Assembly (NCBI GenBank): GCA_002104945.1
Contig: MCFH01000012.1
Span: 929,788 to 993,787 of the forward strand
DNA: 64,000 nt
DNA from: Piromyces finnis finn
Lineage: Eukaryota > Fungi > Neocallimastigomycota
Direction: 5' to 3'
The position numbers and the translations under genes are program-made. Under the pieces are notes generated by a model, which had not been told where the DNA came from, did not search any database, and saw nothing but the letters and a program-made list of their open reading frames with translations. Position 1 is the first letter of the stretch. Every line of letters starts with the position of its first letter. Positions 18,068-30,470 of the stretch are shown here, in pieces.

Positions 18068-19228
18068 TACGTTAATCCAGCATATGTTAACTAATTAAAA
18101 TTTTAAACATTTGTATAAATAATATAGAAAATATAAAAATGATAATGGTAATAAAAAAAAAAGTAATAAAGAAAATGAAAATGAAATAAGAAGGTTAATA
18201 ATATTTTTTTGATAAAAAAAAAAAAATATGTATAAATATGATGATATCATTGTTTTTATTATTTAAATTTATTAAAAATTAGTATAAATTATTATATTAG
18301 ACTTTTTACATTTATTCGTATATTGTCAATCCAAGAATTTTTATTTTAATACAATAAATCAGAAGGAGATCTATTGAATTTATTCAGTATGAAGAAAAAA
18401 TAAACATAAATTATATAGACATAAAACCTAATATTATAGTCTGATAATTATAGATTTATATTGGGGAAAAAAAAATAATAAAAATAAAAAAAAAAACTTC
18501 TAATAAAATATTATTGACAAATATATAATAATGTTTATAAAAGTTATTATTTATTAAATAAAAAAGATATTAAGTTGGTTTTTAATATCTATTATTTATC
18601 ATTTAAAATTTGTTGATTTACTGAAATTTTCTCAATGTATTATTTATTTATTTATTAAATAATAGACAAAAAAAAAAGAGCAAAAAAAAAAAAAAGAGCA
18701 AAAAAAAAAAAAATGGTACTAAAAATAATAATATTAAACTTTTTCTGTTATTTAAATTTTAATTGAAAAATATTAATTTATAATACAAAATGTAATGGAA
18801 AATACATTAATAAAATCATACATTATGTATGATCTACATTCATTATTAATTTTTTTTTTTTTTTAATTTTTATTAAGGCTAATTTGTTTGAATAAAAACG
18901 ATTATATTATTTACATAGGGACTTTTACTAATTATTTTGAATCTGTATAGAGATTACTAATAATTAACTATATATAGTATTATACTATTAGAATAAAATA
19001 AAATAGTAAGCATATTTATATATATATTATGAATTAGGTTGTTTATTATTTTGTTTTGTTTTATTTTCTTTTTTTTTTTTTAATTTTCTTTGAATATTCT
19101 TTTTTTTCTTTTCTTCTTTTGATTTCATTTTATTAATAACGCATTTTCAATTTATATAATAATATATATATATATATTTCTTCTTAATTTTTGATTTGAC
19201 ATAATAAAATAATTTTGGTATTTTTATT

Positions 19229-22200
19229 TTATTCTATAAATTTTTTATTTTCAAAATTTTCCTTTAACCATCTGACAACAATCTCTCCAAATTTTTCATG
19301 CTTAGTCCAATAGTTACCAGCACTACCAATTTCAACACCACGTTGAACTAAAACTTTAGAATTTGAAGGAACGGAATGCTTACGATCATCACTAACCCAT
19401 TCAATAATTTCATCAAATAATTCTTTATTATTAAGATATTCGGATATGGTTCCTAATAAACGAGAAAAGCCAGCAGTACCAGTTGGGAAACGATCAATAA
19501 AGTATGAATTCCAATGTTCTTTTACAAAAATCCAACATTGACGAGCAGCACTAGAACCAACACTTCTAATTAATCTCATTAATAAGAAATTTGTATCTTG
19601 CTCTCTAATTTCATCAGAAATAGAAATTTCAAATAGTTTTTCTTGAAGGTATGGAAGAGTAACCGAAGCAAGAGAATCTTGTAACATATTTTTAAGTTGA
19701 ACTGAGGTTTCTTTTTTGTATGCTTCAAAAATAAAATTGAAATCATTCTCGTTACCATAACGTATACCTGTGGTATATATAACACTTAAAACATCTTCAC
19801 TAAATTCCTTGGTAAAAGTACCATTTTTAATTTGTTCAAAATAATCTAGAGCTTGGGATTTAATTTTTGGTTCACCAACAGTGCATGCTAATCCTAAAAT
19901 TGCGGCACGTAATTGAGAACGATTATGAACAGTATTATCCTCTACTGGGATTTCATCATCACGTTTTATTTTATTGAGTTCATTCTTATATTTACCGGAT
20001 GAAATTTCATTATTTTCATTAAATTTATTAATCTTTTTTCCATTTTGCATATCATTAATAGATGGATTATCATCATCATCATCATTATTATCATCCACAC
20101 CATCATCAATCTTATCTGGGTTATTTGAGCTATCATTGTCATCATTATTATTATCAGTTGTTTCTTCCCATCCAATATCATTTGCAATGTTTTGAATTAA
20201 TGATATAACATACTTTTTAACATTACCATACGATGCATGAATATCAAAGTTTTTAAGTAATTGCCTTAAAACATCAATTGCACTTTGCCAAACAACATTA
20301 CTCTTTTCATTCTTCAAGAAATTAAGACAATCAAGAATTACCTCAGGATTTTCTGTACGACCATTGAATAATTGAGATGAAATATCGTAAAGAAAACCAG
20401 CTCTATCGATAGCTGTCATAAAATATAAATCTGATTTTAACCATTCACAAGCAATTTGAATGGATTCATCATCATATTGAACCTTGTAAAAACCTGTTTG
20501 ATCAGTATTACCCTTAACAAATACTTTTACATTCTTACCTTCTTCTCTACGTTCTAAAATTCTTGGTAATGATATACTAGTATCTTCCTTTAAAGTAATA
20601 GACTTATTTTCTAAAATTTCTGGCTTTCCTGTAGTATTAGAATAAACTAAATAAGAATATGGAATAATCCAGGTACTATTATCGGCTGGACTTTTATCAT
20701 TCAATAATTCCATATTATTTACAAAATAACGTTCTTGAGATAAAGCAATAGTACTTGTTTCCTTATTTTCTTTCATCATAATAATTGGATATCCTCCTTG
20801 ATTAATAAAAGTACCCATAGTCTCTGAAACATTCATCAATGGTTCACCATCTTTATCATAAGATTCTAATGCATCCCATAATTGTTTTGTTTCTGCATTA
20901 TTATATTGATATAAATCTAAATATTTATGGATTCTATTAAAGAAATAATTACTGGAATATGTTGTAAAGCTACGTTTAACTTGTCTTGAATTAATATTAT
21001 TCAACCAAGATTCAATCATTCTATAACGTTTTATTTTATGCATAAATGCAGAATATCATAAATGCAGAATATTAACAAACTTTAAATAATAAAATAATGA
21101 TATATTCTATTGATATATTGTTTTACCTAATAACTGAGGAACCTTTTGAATATGAAATATCATCAAATAAACCCTATACATTATAACAAATTGGATATTA
21201 TTATTTATGCTTAATTCTATACAATATTATAAATGAAAATAAAAACAAGTTTATTTATATAACTTTTATTTACAGAAATTTCTTCAGGATCTTTAACTTC
21301 AGCATAAATTGGATGGGTGAAATGAGATGAATCTGTTTTAAAAGCTTTAATAACATCCATATAATACCAATGATTTTCCATTCCCCATTCTGGTTCAGCA
21401 GCATTTACACCTAAGTCTTTTTATTATTAATAACATAAATTATAAATTGTATATATATATTCATTAATTTTCTAATGGATTAAAAGATTTTTTATGTACA
21501 AAGTGATAATATTGATGATAACAATAATAATAATAATAATAATAATATAATGTACTTACATTCCATAAATTCTGTTTTGTATTTTATTTTATATATTAAT
21601 AATTAATAATATATTTATCATCGTTAATTAGCAAATATAAATTAAATTTAAAATTTATATCTTCTATAATCATAAATAAATCATTTACCAGCGAATCCTT
21701 CATTTAACCATAAATCATCCCACCATTTCATTGTAACAAGACTATGATATAAAAGGTATAAAGAGTTAATAAACTGTTTCCATGGATAAATATATTTATT
21801 TCTGTTTATAAAACTCACTTTCCAAACCATTGATGAGCTAATTCATGAGCAACAACAGTAGCGACATATTGTTTATTAATAGATGATGCTGATTTCTCAT
21901 CATATAATAATGCAGTTTCTCTAAAAGTAATTAAACCCCAATTTTCCATAGCACCAGCTTCAAAATCTGGAATAGCAACCTAAATCCCAATTAAAATAGT
22001 TTAGTATTAGTCACACCATTAAAGCAAAAACCAATGTATATTTTTTATATTCACAAGTAAAATAAAAAAAAGTACATACTAAATCCAATTTTGGAAGTGG
22101 GTATGGGATATCATAAGTACTTTCATAAAATCTTAGAATTTTGGTAGCAACTTCCAAAGCATATTCAGTTGATTCAATTTGTTCTGGTCTTGCATATACG

Positions 22201-23409
22201 CTAATATCAATACCTTTATTAGATTTTGTAATAGATTTGAAATTGGATACAATAAAGGCTACCAAGTATGTGCTCATCCTATGTAAATACAGTATTAATA
22301 TATATATAGGGATAAAATATTTTAACTTAATTATTATTTATTAATTAACTATAATTATACACAATTCAAGTGTGACTTTTACTTTGTACTATTAGCAAAT
22401 ATATATTTTTTCTTTTCAGAGTTTTTAATCTTTTCAATATCAACTACATTCATATTAGAAATAGCAGTTAATCCAGCACCAACCGTCATATTTAATTGGA
22501 AAGTTGCTTTAAATTCAGGTTCATCAAAGCATGGGAATGCTTTTCTTGCAGATGTTGATTCAAATTGAGTAGTGGCTAAATAAGATGGATTATCATTATC
22601 ACCATATTTACTTAAATAATATCCACTCATATCATCTGATAAAATACCGCTGTATTGTATAGATAAAGTGTAATTAAGCTTTTAATCCAAAATACATATA
22701 TAAACAATGTTAAAAAGCATATATATGCAATTTAATAATATATATAATCAATGTATTTAGATAATATTTATATTCAATATTATTTTGTTAATTATGATAC
22801 AAATTTAAAATATCTATATTATATATTATATATTATTTTTAAAACAGCGTCACTTACTTCTGGTTTTAAGATAGTATTAAAGCTTAATATAGCATATTGA
22901 TTCTTTTCATTATATTTGATAGATTTGGCCTTCCATTTCTTTTTACCGTTTATAATTTTAATATTAGAAAGATTAAGTTTTTGAGAATGAATGACAATAA
23001 AGTTGGTTTCTTCTTTAACTTCAACATCAATTTCAGCAATACCTTGGAATGAAACATTTTCAAGAGAAGTCGAAAAATCTAAACGATATGCTTTTGGTAC
23101 AACGGTTTTTGGTAACCGAATATCTGTATAAATAGGTTTTGACATAGTTTTATGGTTTAACATAGGAACAAAGAAGATAAAGAAAAGTAAAAGTGCTGTA
23201 GTTGAATAAATAACTGGTCTTTTAAATTGTGGCCATTGCATTCTTAAGAACATATTTATCTTATTTATAAATGAACCATTATAGTGATGATAATCTGATT
23301 CAATCCAGACACCGTCTTCGTCTCTTTCAATATTTTCAGCATCTGTAAAATCTTCATAATTATTACCATCTTCTGGTAATAATTTCTCTAATTGAGAAGC
23401 ATGAGACAT
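19229..23409 (-). CDS. M1-family zinc aminopeptidase (APN/ERAP-like), type II membrane anchored
   Basis: N-terminal acidic tail, then one hydrophobic segment ([18 protein letters not shown]), [74 protein letters not shown] (HExxH-x18-E), catalytic Tyr in [12 protein letters not shown], and an ERAP1_C-like last exon. Confidence 0.93.
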
Positions 23410-23831
23410 TGTAAATTCTACAACAATAAATTATTTTATTCTTTATATTGTTTTTTCTATTATATTTTGCTGGGTTTTTTTTATTTTATTAGATAATAAT
23501 AATTGTTTTTTTGGGATAATATTTTAATTTATGGTGTTAGTAAAAAGATATATTAATATATTAGCATTGCTTAAAAGAAATGGTTTATTATACTAATAAC
23601 ATCCCTTATGTTATTTAAATTACTATTAAATATTTGTTTAATAATAATTTATTTAAATCTTTCCTTTAACTATTTTTTTTTTTTTTTTTGTATAATTAAT
23701 TTATTTTTATATATTTTTATTTACTTTGTTTATTATTGTAAAAAAATAAAATAAAATAAAATAATAAATAAATTTCGTTTTTTCAAATTAAATTTCTTTT
23801 AACCAATTTATTCAATTTATTTTTCTTGTTA

Positions 23832-23863
<32 letters not shown>

Positions 23864-24588
23864 TTAAAATTTTAAAAATGTTCTATTTAAATATTTTATT
23901 AATATAATTTTTTAATTTATTTTTAAAATATAATTTTTTATTAAAAATAAAAATCCATTCAATAATGAACAAAAAAAAAAGATTAATGATTAATGGTACA
24001 TTTATTGCTTTCTATTTAAAAAAAGCAGTATTAAACTATTATAAATATTACTATAATATAAACTTTATAATCCTAGCATTTTTTTTATTATTTATAGTTA
24101 TCAATTAATACAATGATAATTATTATTATTGTTTTAAAAATTAAAGTTTAAGATTATTATTAAAACATCAAAAAAAAAAAAATAGCATCACATACCCACA
24201 CAAAATGTTAAATATATATGATAATAATAATAATAATAATAATAATATTTTTTGAATCTGTAATAATAAATAATAATAATATTTTTTGAATCCGTAATAA
24301 AAAAAATAAAGTTATATTAGAATTTAAAAAAAAAAGTTGACAATAATGTTATACCTATATTTTGATAGAATTTATTAATTTAAAAGCAAAATTTATCATA
24401 AATAGTATGATATAAAGTCTATCATTTTTATTAACATTAAAATATGTGTAAGGTATATGGTATTAAATGTTTTAATTTGATAAAAAAAAAAGTTTATAAA
24501 AAATTATATATGTATATATTTAAAAAAAAAAAAAGTATATTTAATGTTTGAATTTAAAATAGTATTTCACTGTGAATTTTAAAAAAAA

Positions 24589-25732
24589 TTATATATATTT
24601 TTTGTATGTTGGGTCATGTTTAAATACAATCTTTTGATATGGACATAACTTTATTCTTTCATTATATTTTTCCATATCATTCTTATATAATTCTGATGCT
24701 TCTTTCTACAGTATTAAACAGTATTAATAGATAATAAAAGTAGTTAATTCATATCAGTTACGTCTTTAATTGGTTTTCAAAATTTCAAAATGTATATATC
24801 TTTATTACATTATAAAAATAATCGATACACGGTTTAGCCAACAATATTTGTAAGTCAATTAAAATTTGAGTTAAACCATACTCAGGATACCAACTCTTAA
24901 TTATATATAATATATAATTTATTTAAGTAATAAATATAAAAAAAATTTTTTTTAATAAAAGTAATACTTACAGGTGTAAAATATGCATTTCCTTGATTAT
25001 TTGTATAATTATTCCATTAATTATAATTATAATGATAATTTGGTAATATCTTTTATAATTTATGTTTACCTTCTTTACTGACATTTGGATGACTATAATT
25101 AAAATATAATTTCATTTAATTATACATCAAGTATGATAATTACTAAATCATTCATATAAACTTTTTCATTTTTTTTTTTTTACAATAAAATATATTGATT
25201 TATTTGTCAATTTACAATATTGGTGGAAGAAATCGTACAACTTTTGGTGGTACATTAGGATATTCTTTTATATATAACATTGAAATAATTTAATAAATTT
25301 TTATAATAAATAACAATAATAGATAATATTTTCTTTTAAAATATACACCTCTTGGAATAAAAAAGATAACTCTCAAATTATAGTTTTCCCATGGAGTTCC
25401 TCTTTATATTTTTGTATAATATATATAATATGTTACCTTTTATTTATATTATGTAATTTTCATTTAATTTTTCTAGTTACTTTTTTCCTGGAAAACCTCC
25501 CTCAATCATTCTAGGATAACCTAAAAAATTTGTTCTAATGATAGGTTTTAAGTAAAAGTCGGATGGCATTTCTATTTTTTTTTTTTATAATTATTTTTTT
25601 TCTAATTAGCATTGTTGTTGTTATAAATCTATAAATTAATACTTATAATTAATTACTATCTATAATTGGTTGCTCTTTTTTTATTATACTTAATAAAAAT
25701 GATTTATTAAGAAATTCATTATCTACTGACAT
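24589..25732 (-). CDS. Ubc9-like E2-fold protein lacking the catalytic cysteine (8 exons, 171 aa)
   Basis: Exons 25732-25657, 25571-25481, 25401-25349, 25264-25216, 25092-25070, 24991-24972, 24895-24809 and 24705-24589 are all GT-AG with matching phases and sum to 516 nt. Product: MSVDNEFLNKSFLLSIIKKEQPIIDKMPSDFYLKPIIRTNFLGYPRMIEGGFPGKKGTPWENYNLRVIFFIPREYPNVPPKVVRFLPPIFHPNVSKEGNAYFTPSWYPEYGLTQILIDLQILLAKPCIDYFYNKEASELYKNDMEKYNERIKLCPYQKIVFKHDPTYKKYI. PGKKGTPWE and PPIFHPNV match Ubc9. Confidence 0.85.
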
Positions 25733-27444
25733 TTTTTTAACAGTTTATTATTCCTTTTTATTTAAAAAAAATTGTAATTATAACAGTAGTAAGTTGGTTA
25801 TATTTATACAGTAATACTTTTAATGTTTAAAGGAAAAAGAAATATACCTCTTAATTTTTAAACTATATAAATAGCAAAAGTTATCATAAAAATTAGAGTT
25901 GTTGTTGTATATATATTAACAAAGAATAAAAAGATAAATTATCAATTATTTTTGTTTTTTGTTTTTTGTTTTTTTTTGATTGTTGCTTTGAAATTAAAAA
26001 ACTTTATACTTTGAAATTTTTTAAAATTAAACTTTTAATAAAAAGCGTCTTTTGAAAAATAATATAAAGTATGAATGGTTTTTTTATTCTTATTAACACT
26101 AGTCGTAATTAAAATATAAATTTAGATAAAATATTTCTATTTATTCTTATATAAATGTTTATTTTCATATTTTTCTCTAATCAAAAAGGAAAGATGCCTT
26201 TTTATTGTTAGTAAGTACTTATAGTTCATCAAATGGAGTTACCTTTTCGAAAAAAAAAAAAAAAAATTAATATATTTAAAAAATTTAATTTATTAAAATT
26301 TTAAAATATAAAAAAAAAGAAAAAGGTTTTTTTTTTTAAAAAAAAAAAATATAAAATAAAATAAATGAATAATCAATAAATTAAATTTAAAAAAGCAAAA
26401 TCTTTTTTTTTTTTTTTTAACAATATAATACATATAATACATATAATAGAAAAGAAAAATTAAAAGAAAGCGTAAAGAAAATATATCAGAAAAAAAAAAA
26501 AGGAAAATATATTTAATTATTTAATTATTCAAAAAAAAAAAAAAAAACTCAAATTTCAACAATTAAATAATGAAATAGAATTAACAAATTTATTTAAATA
26601 AAACTTTATTTAAAAAAAAAAAAAAACAAATCATAATTTATATATTATGAAAATCATATTAAGGTCATTTTATATATAATATATAAAAATCAATTTCTTT
26701 CTTTAAAATAAGAGAAGAACTGCATCAAAATTAAATTGAGAAACAATCTAAATTTCAAAATTTGAGAAATAATTTTATAATTGGAAGAAAAAAAAATAAA
26801 AATAAAAAAAAAAAAGAAGAAAGAAAAACAATATTATTTTCTAATAAAAGATTAATAAAAAAAAATAATAAAATGTTATTTAAAATCTTTAAATATTTTT
26901 AATCAAATTTCTTTGATTAGATTCCTATAATTAACATTTCAATTAAATAATCTTTATCAAGGAAAAAAATAAAATAAAATAAAAAGAAAGTAAAAGTAAC
27001 AACACAAATAGAAATTTTTATTTTTTTTATACATTTTTAAATTTATTTTAGAATATATATATATATAAAGTTGATATTAAATACTTAATATAAATTCAAA
27101 ATCCAAAATTTTAAATGTCAATTTCTAGCCTTGGTATTATTTACAATTTTTACTAATATATAAATAAATCACTGTATAAAGTTAAAATACTAAGGAAAAA
27201 AAAAAAAAAGAAAGAAAGAAAAAAGAATAAATAAATAATTCGATACAATAAAATAATATACAATTATTCAATTCATTTTTTTAATAGTGTATATTAATAA
27301 TTATAATTTTACCTATTCCAATATCAAAAATAGCAAAATAATAAAATTTTATTATATCAAAAACATTTTAAAAATAAAATAACAAAAATTATACCAAAAA
27401 TTATTATTGAGCATAATAACAACAATATACATATAATATAAAAA

Positions 27445-29358
27445 ATGCATGTATTACCATTACCCGTTAGAGTACTATTGAATTCAATAGAATTTTTAAT
27501 AACTGTATTTATTTGTAATATATATTTAAGAGAATGTTCAAACTATTCCTTAATAATAATGGTGATAGGCAATAAGGTAAAAAAAAAAAAAGGAATGAAT
27601 AATGAATTAACAAATAGATATTAAAGAAACCAATGATTAATTATAAAATATTTTAACCAACATTTTATTTTCTTTTTTCTAATAAATCAAATTATAAATA
27701 AAATATAAGGCCTACTCCAATGGTGCAATTGCCCAATTTCCAATTTTTATAGCTATATTTTTACTTATTACAGATATTATAATGATTGGAAGACATTTAT
27801 TTTGTGAAACTCATGAATATGGCGTTATCGTGGACTATTTCGGAAAAGGTAAATAAGCCAGTATAAAATAAATAAATTTAAGAAATAAATAGGTATAACT
27901 CTTATATTTATTTCTTATTTACTTTTTTTTAAATGTACTTTGTCCTTTCCAATACTATAATTTAAAATAGGTGATGATTCTGTCTGGACTTTATTAAACT
28001 ATGATTTTTGCATAATATGTCTTCAAATTTTGAAATATTTTACAGTATACAATTATTTAGTATTAGATATTTATTATCATAAACCAAGTATAGTAAAAGA
28101 CGTTATCAAAGAATATGCCCAACCAAATTATGATTTGCAATATATATCAGTAACGAATAATAATGAAGATCAGGATAATAATAAAGAGGATAGAAGTCAT
28201 CAACAACGTAAATATGTTTCCAAAAGAAATTTATTTGACAGAATATTTAGAAGAGGAAAAGATGTTGGTGAATTTGATAATGATGAAAATGTAGTTTTAA
28301 TCATAAAAGATAACGAAGAAATAGAAGAAGATGAAGAAGAACAAATAAATACCCAAAATAATAATTCCGAAAATAATCCAATATTACCAATAAATCAAGA
28401 TTTATCCTCATCATCTCATACTTTAAACCAAATAAATCCACAAAATGAACCATTTTCTAATTCAAAACAAAATCAACCATCTACATCATCTCTATCGGCA
28501 ACATCATTTTCAAATTCAAATAATAATGCTATACCATCCTCCTCATCGAAAAATGAAATAGATAGTTTCATTGCACCAAAAAATGATATTATAAAGAATA
28601 CGGATAATCCTATAAATTCCAAACTATCAACAAAGGATAAAGGCAAATCCCATTCACAGTCATCTGATTTAACTTCTTCATCTAAAGGAAAAGAACCAGA
28701 AGATCAAGATGACATCTTCTTTGATGCTTATGACCAAAGTGAAAATAGTAGTCATGATGATTATGATTATTCACCATCACCCTCTTCCCATTCATCAGCT
28801 ATCCCATTACATCATGTAAACTCATCCACTTCTCATCAAGCCCATCAAATTCGTTCAGAAAATACTGAGGATACTGAACAAAATGAAATGCCTATTTATG
28901 AAATTGATGAGAGAGAGCGCGTCACTGAGGGTAATGAAAATGCCCTACTCTATTTAGAATCTTACTATCAATTTATACCTGTTATCAATATAAAGATAAA
29001 TGAAGCCATTAAGGTGATGATGGCCATTCGTCATTCTAATCGACGTTTCTTTGAACATGCTAAAAAAGAAGCTCAAGAACAGCGTCGTAGAGAACAAGAA
29101 CAACACCTCAGAGAACAAGAACAAGAACAACTCTCCTCTTCCCTTTTTTCTCTTCAATTTCAAAATCAAGATTTAGTTCAAGAACCAGAATCAGAAATTC
29201 CGGAACAAGGAACAGAAAATCAACAACCTTCATCTCAAAATCGAAATCAATCTTCATCCTCTAATGGAAGTTCTATCGTTTCTAATCAACTTCGAAGCTA
29301 TTTTAATGGATTACATAGTTCCTTCCGTCGTTCTTTAACAGGTGTTCCATCCGTATAA
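27445..29358 (+). CDS. DUF1746 / Dsc4-like multi-pass membrane protein with a long disordered acidic tail (3 exons)
   Basis: Two short upstream exons splice into ORF 28030..29358. IYLRECS and YGVIVDYFGKGDDSVWTLLNYDFCIICLQIL resemble the LYYxDCS and GGxxIDFIG...LLxxDxxIxxLQ pattern I recall for DUF1746. The family call is from memory. Confidence 0.55.
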
Positions 29359-29777
29359 AAATTTTTTTTTTTTTACCCTTTTTTAACTCCTAAAAATAAA
29401 ATATCAATTTTCCTTTTTTACTATTAGCATTAGTGTTATTCTTTTAATCCTTATTATTCCTATTACTTTACTGTTAATAGTAATAATAAAATACCATTTT
29501 TTTTATTATTCTTTTTTTAATCTTCATTATTACTATTATTTTATTATTAAAATAGTAATAAAAAAAAAAAAAATACCAATCTTTTTTGTTTTTTATTTTA
29601 ATTCTTATTTTAATCATTATCATTTTTTTCCATTCTATATTAATAATTCTATAATTATTTCTCCCAATAAATTAAAAAATATATATAAAAAATAAAAATA
29701 TAAAAAAAAAATAATAATAATAAATAGAACTTTTTTTACTTTATATATAATAATATTTTCAGCATTAAATTAATAAT

Positions 29778-30308
29778 AAATCCTCTTTAATATTAATATT
29801 ATTTTTTTTTTTAATTTATTTATTATATATATTTACTTTATATATAACATACATAGACATAGATGTAATTGTAATATGAAATAATTATAAAATAAAAATT
29901 AATACAAATTGCTATTTATGTGAATAAATAATAATTATATTAAGAATAATAATTATATTAAGTATCTTATTTATATGAATAAATAATGTTTATAATAATA
30001 TTAAGTATATTTGTATATTTATATTTTATATATTGTTGAGAAAAATCCTCTTTAATATTAATATTATTTTTTTTTTAATTTATTTATTATATATATTTAC
30101 TTTATATATAACATACATAGACATAGATGTAATTGTAATATGAAATAATTATAAAATAAAAATTAATACAAATTGCTATTTATGTGAATAAATAATAATT
30201 ATATTAAGAATAATAATTATATTAAGTATCTTATTTATATGAATAAATAATGTTTATAATAATATTAAGTATATTTGTATATTTATATTTTATATATTGT
30301 TGAGAAAA
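29778..30308. repeat. Near-perfect 265-bp tandem duplication (2 copies) between convergent genes
   Basis: aaatcctctttaatatt starts at 29778 and 30043; both copies end ...tattgttgagaaaa. Confidence 0.92.
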
Positions 30309-30470
30309 TAATTTAGTTTTTTCTATATATATAAAATATTGGTGTTATTACCATAAAAAATTTAAAAAAAAAAAACTTTTTTTTAGGCGTTTTTTTATCT
30401 TTTTTTTTTTTATGGAATAAAAAATCTATATATTATTGTTTTACATTTTCTTTTCTTTTTGGTTTTTATT

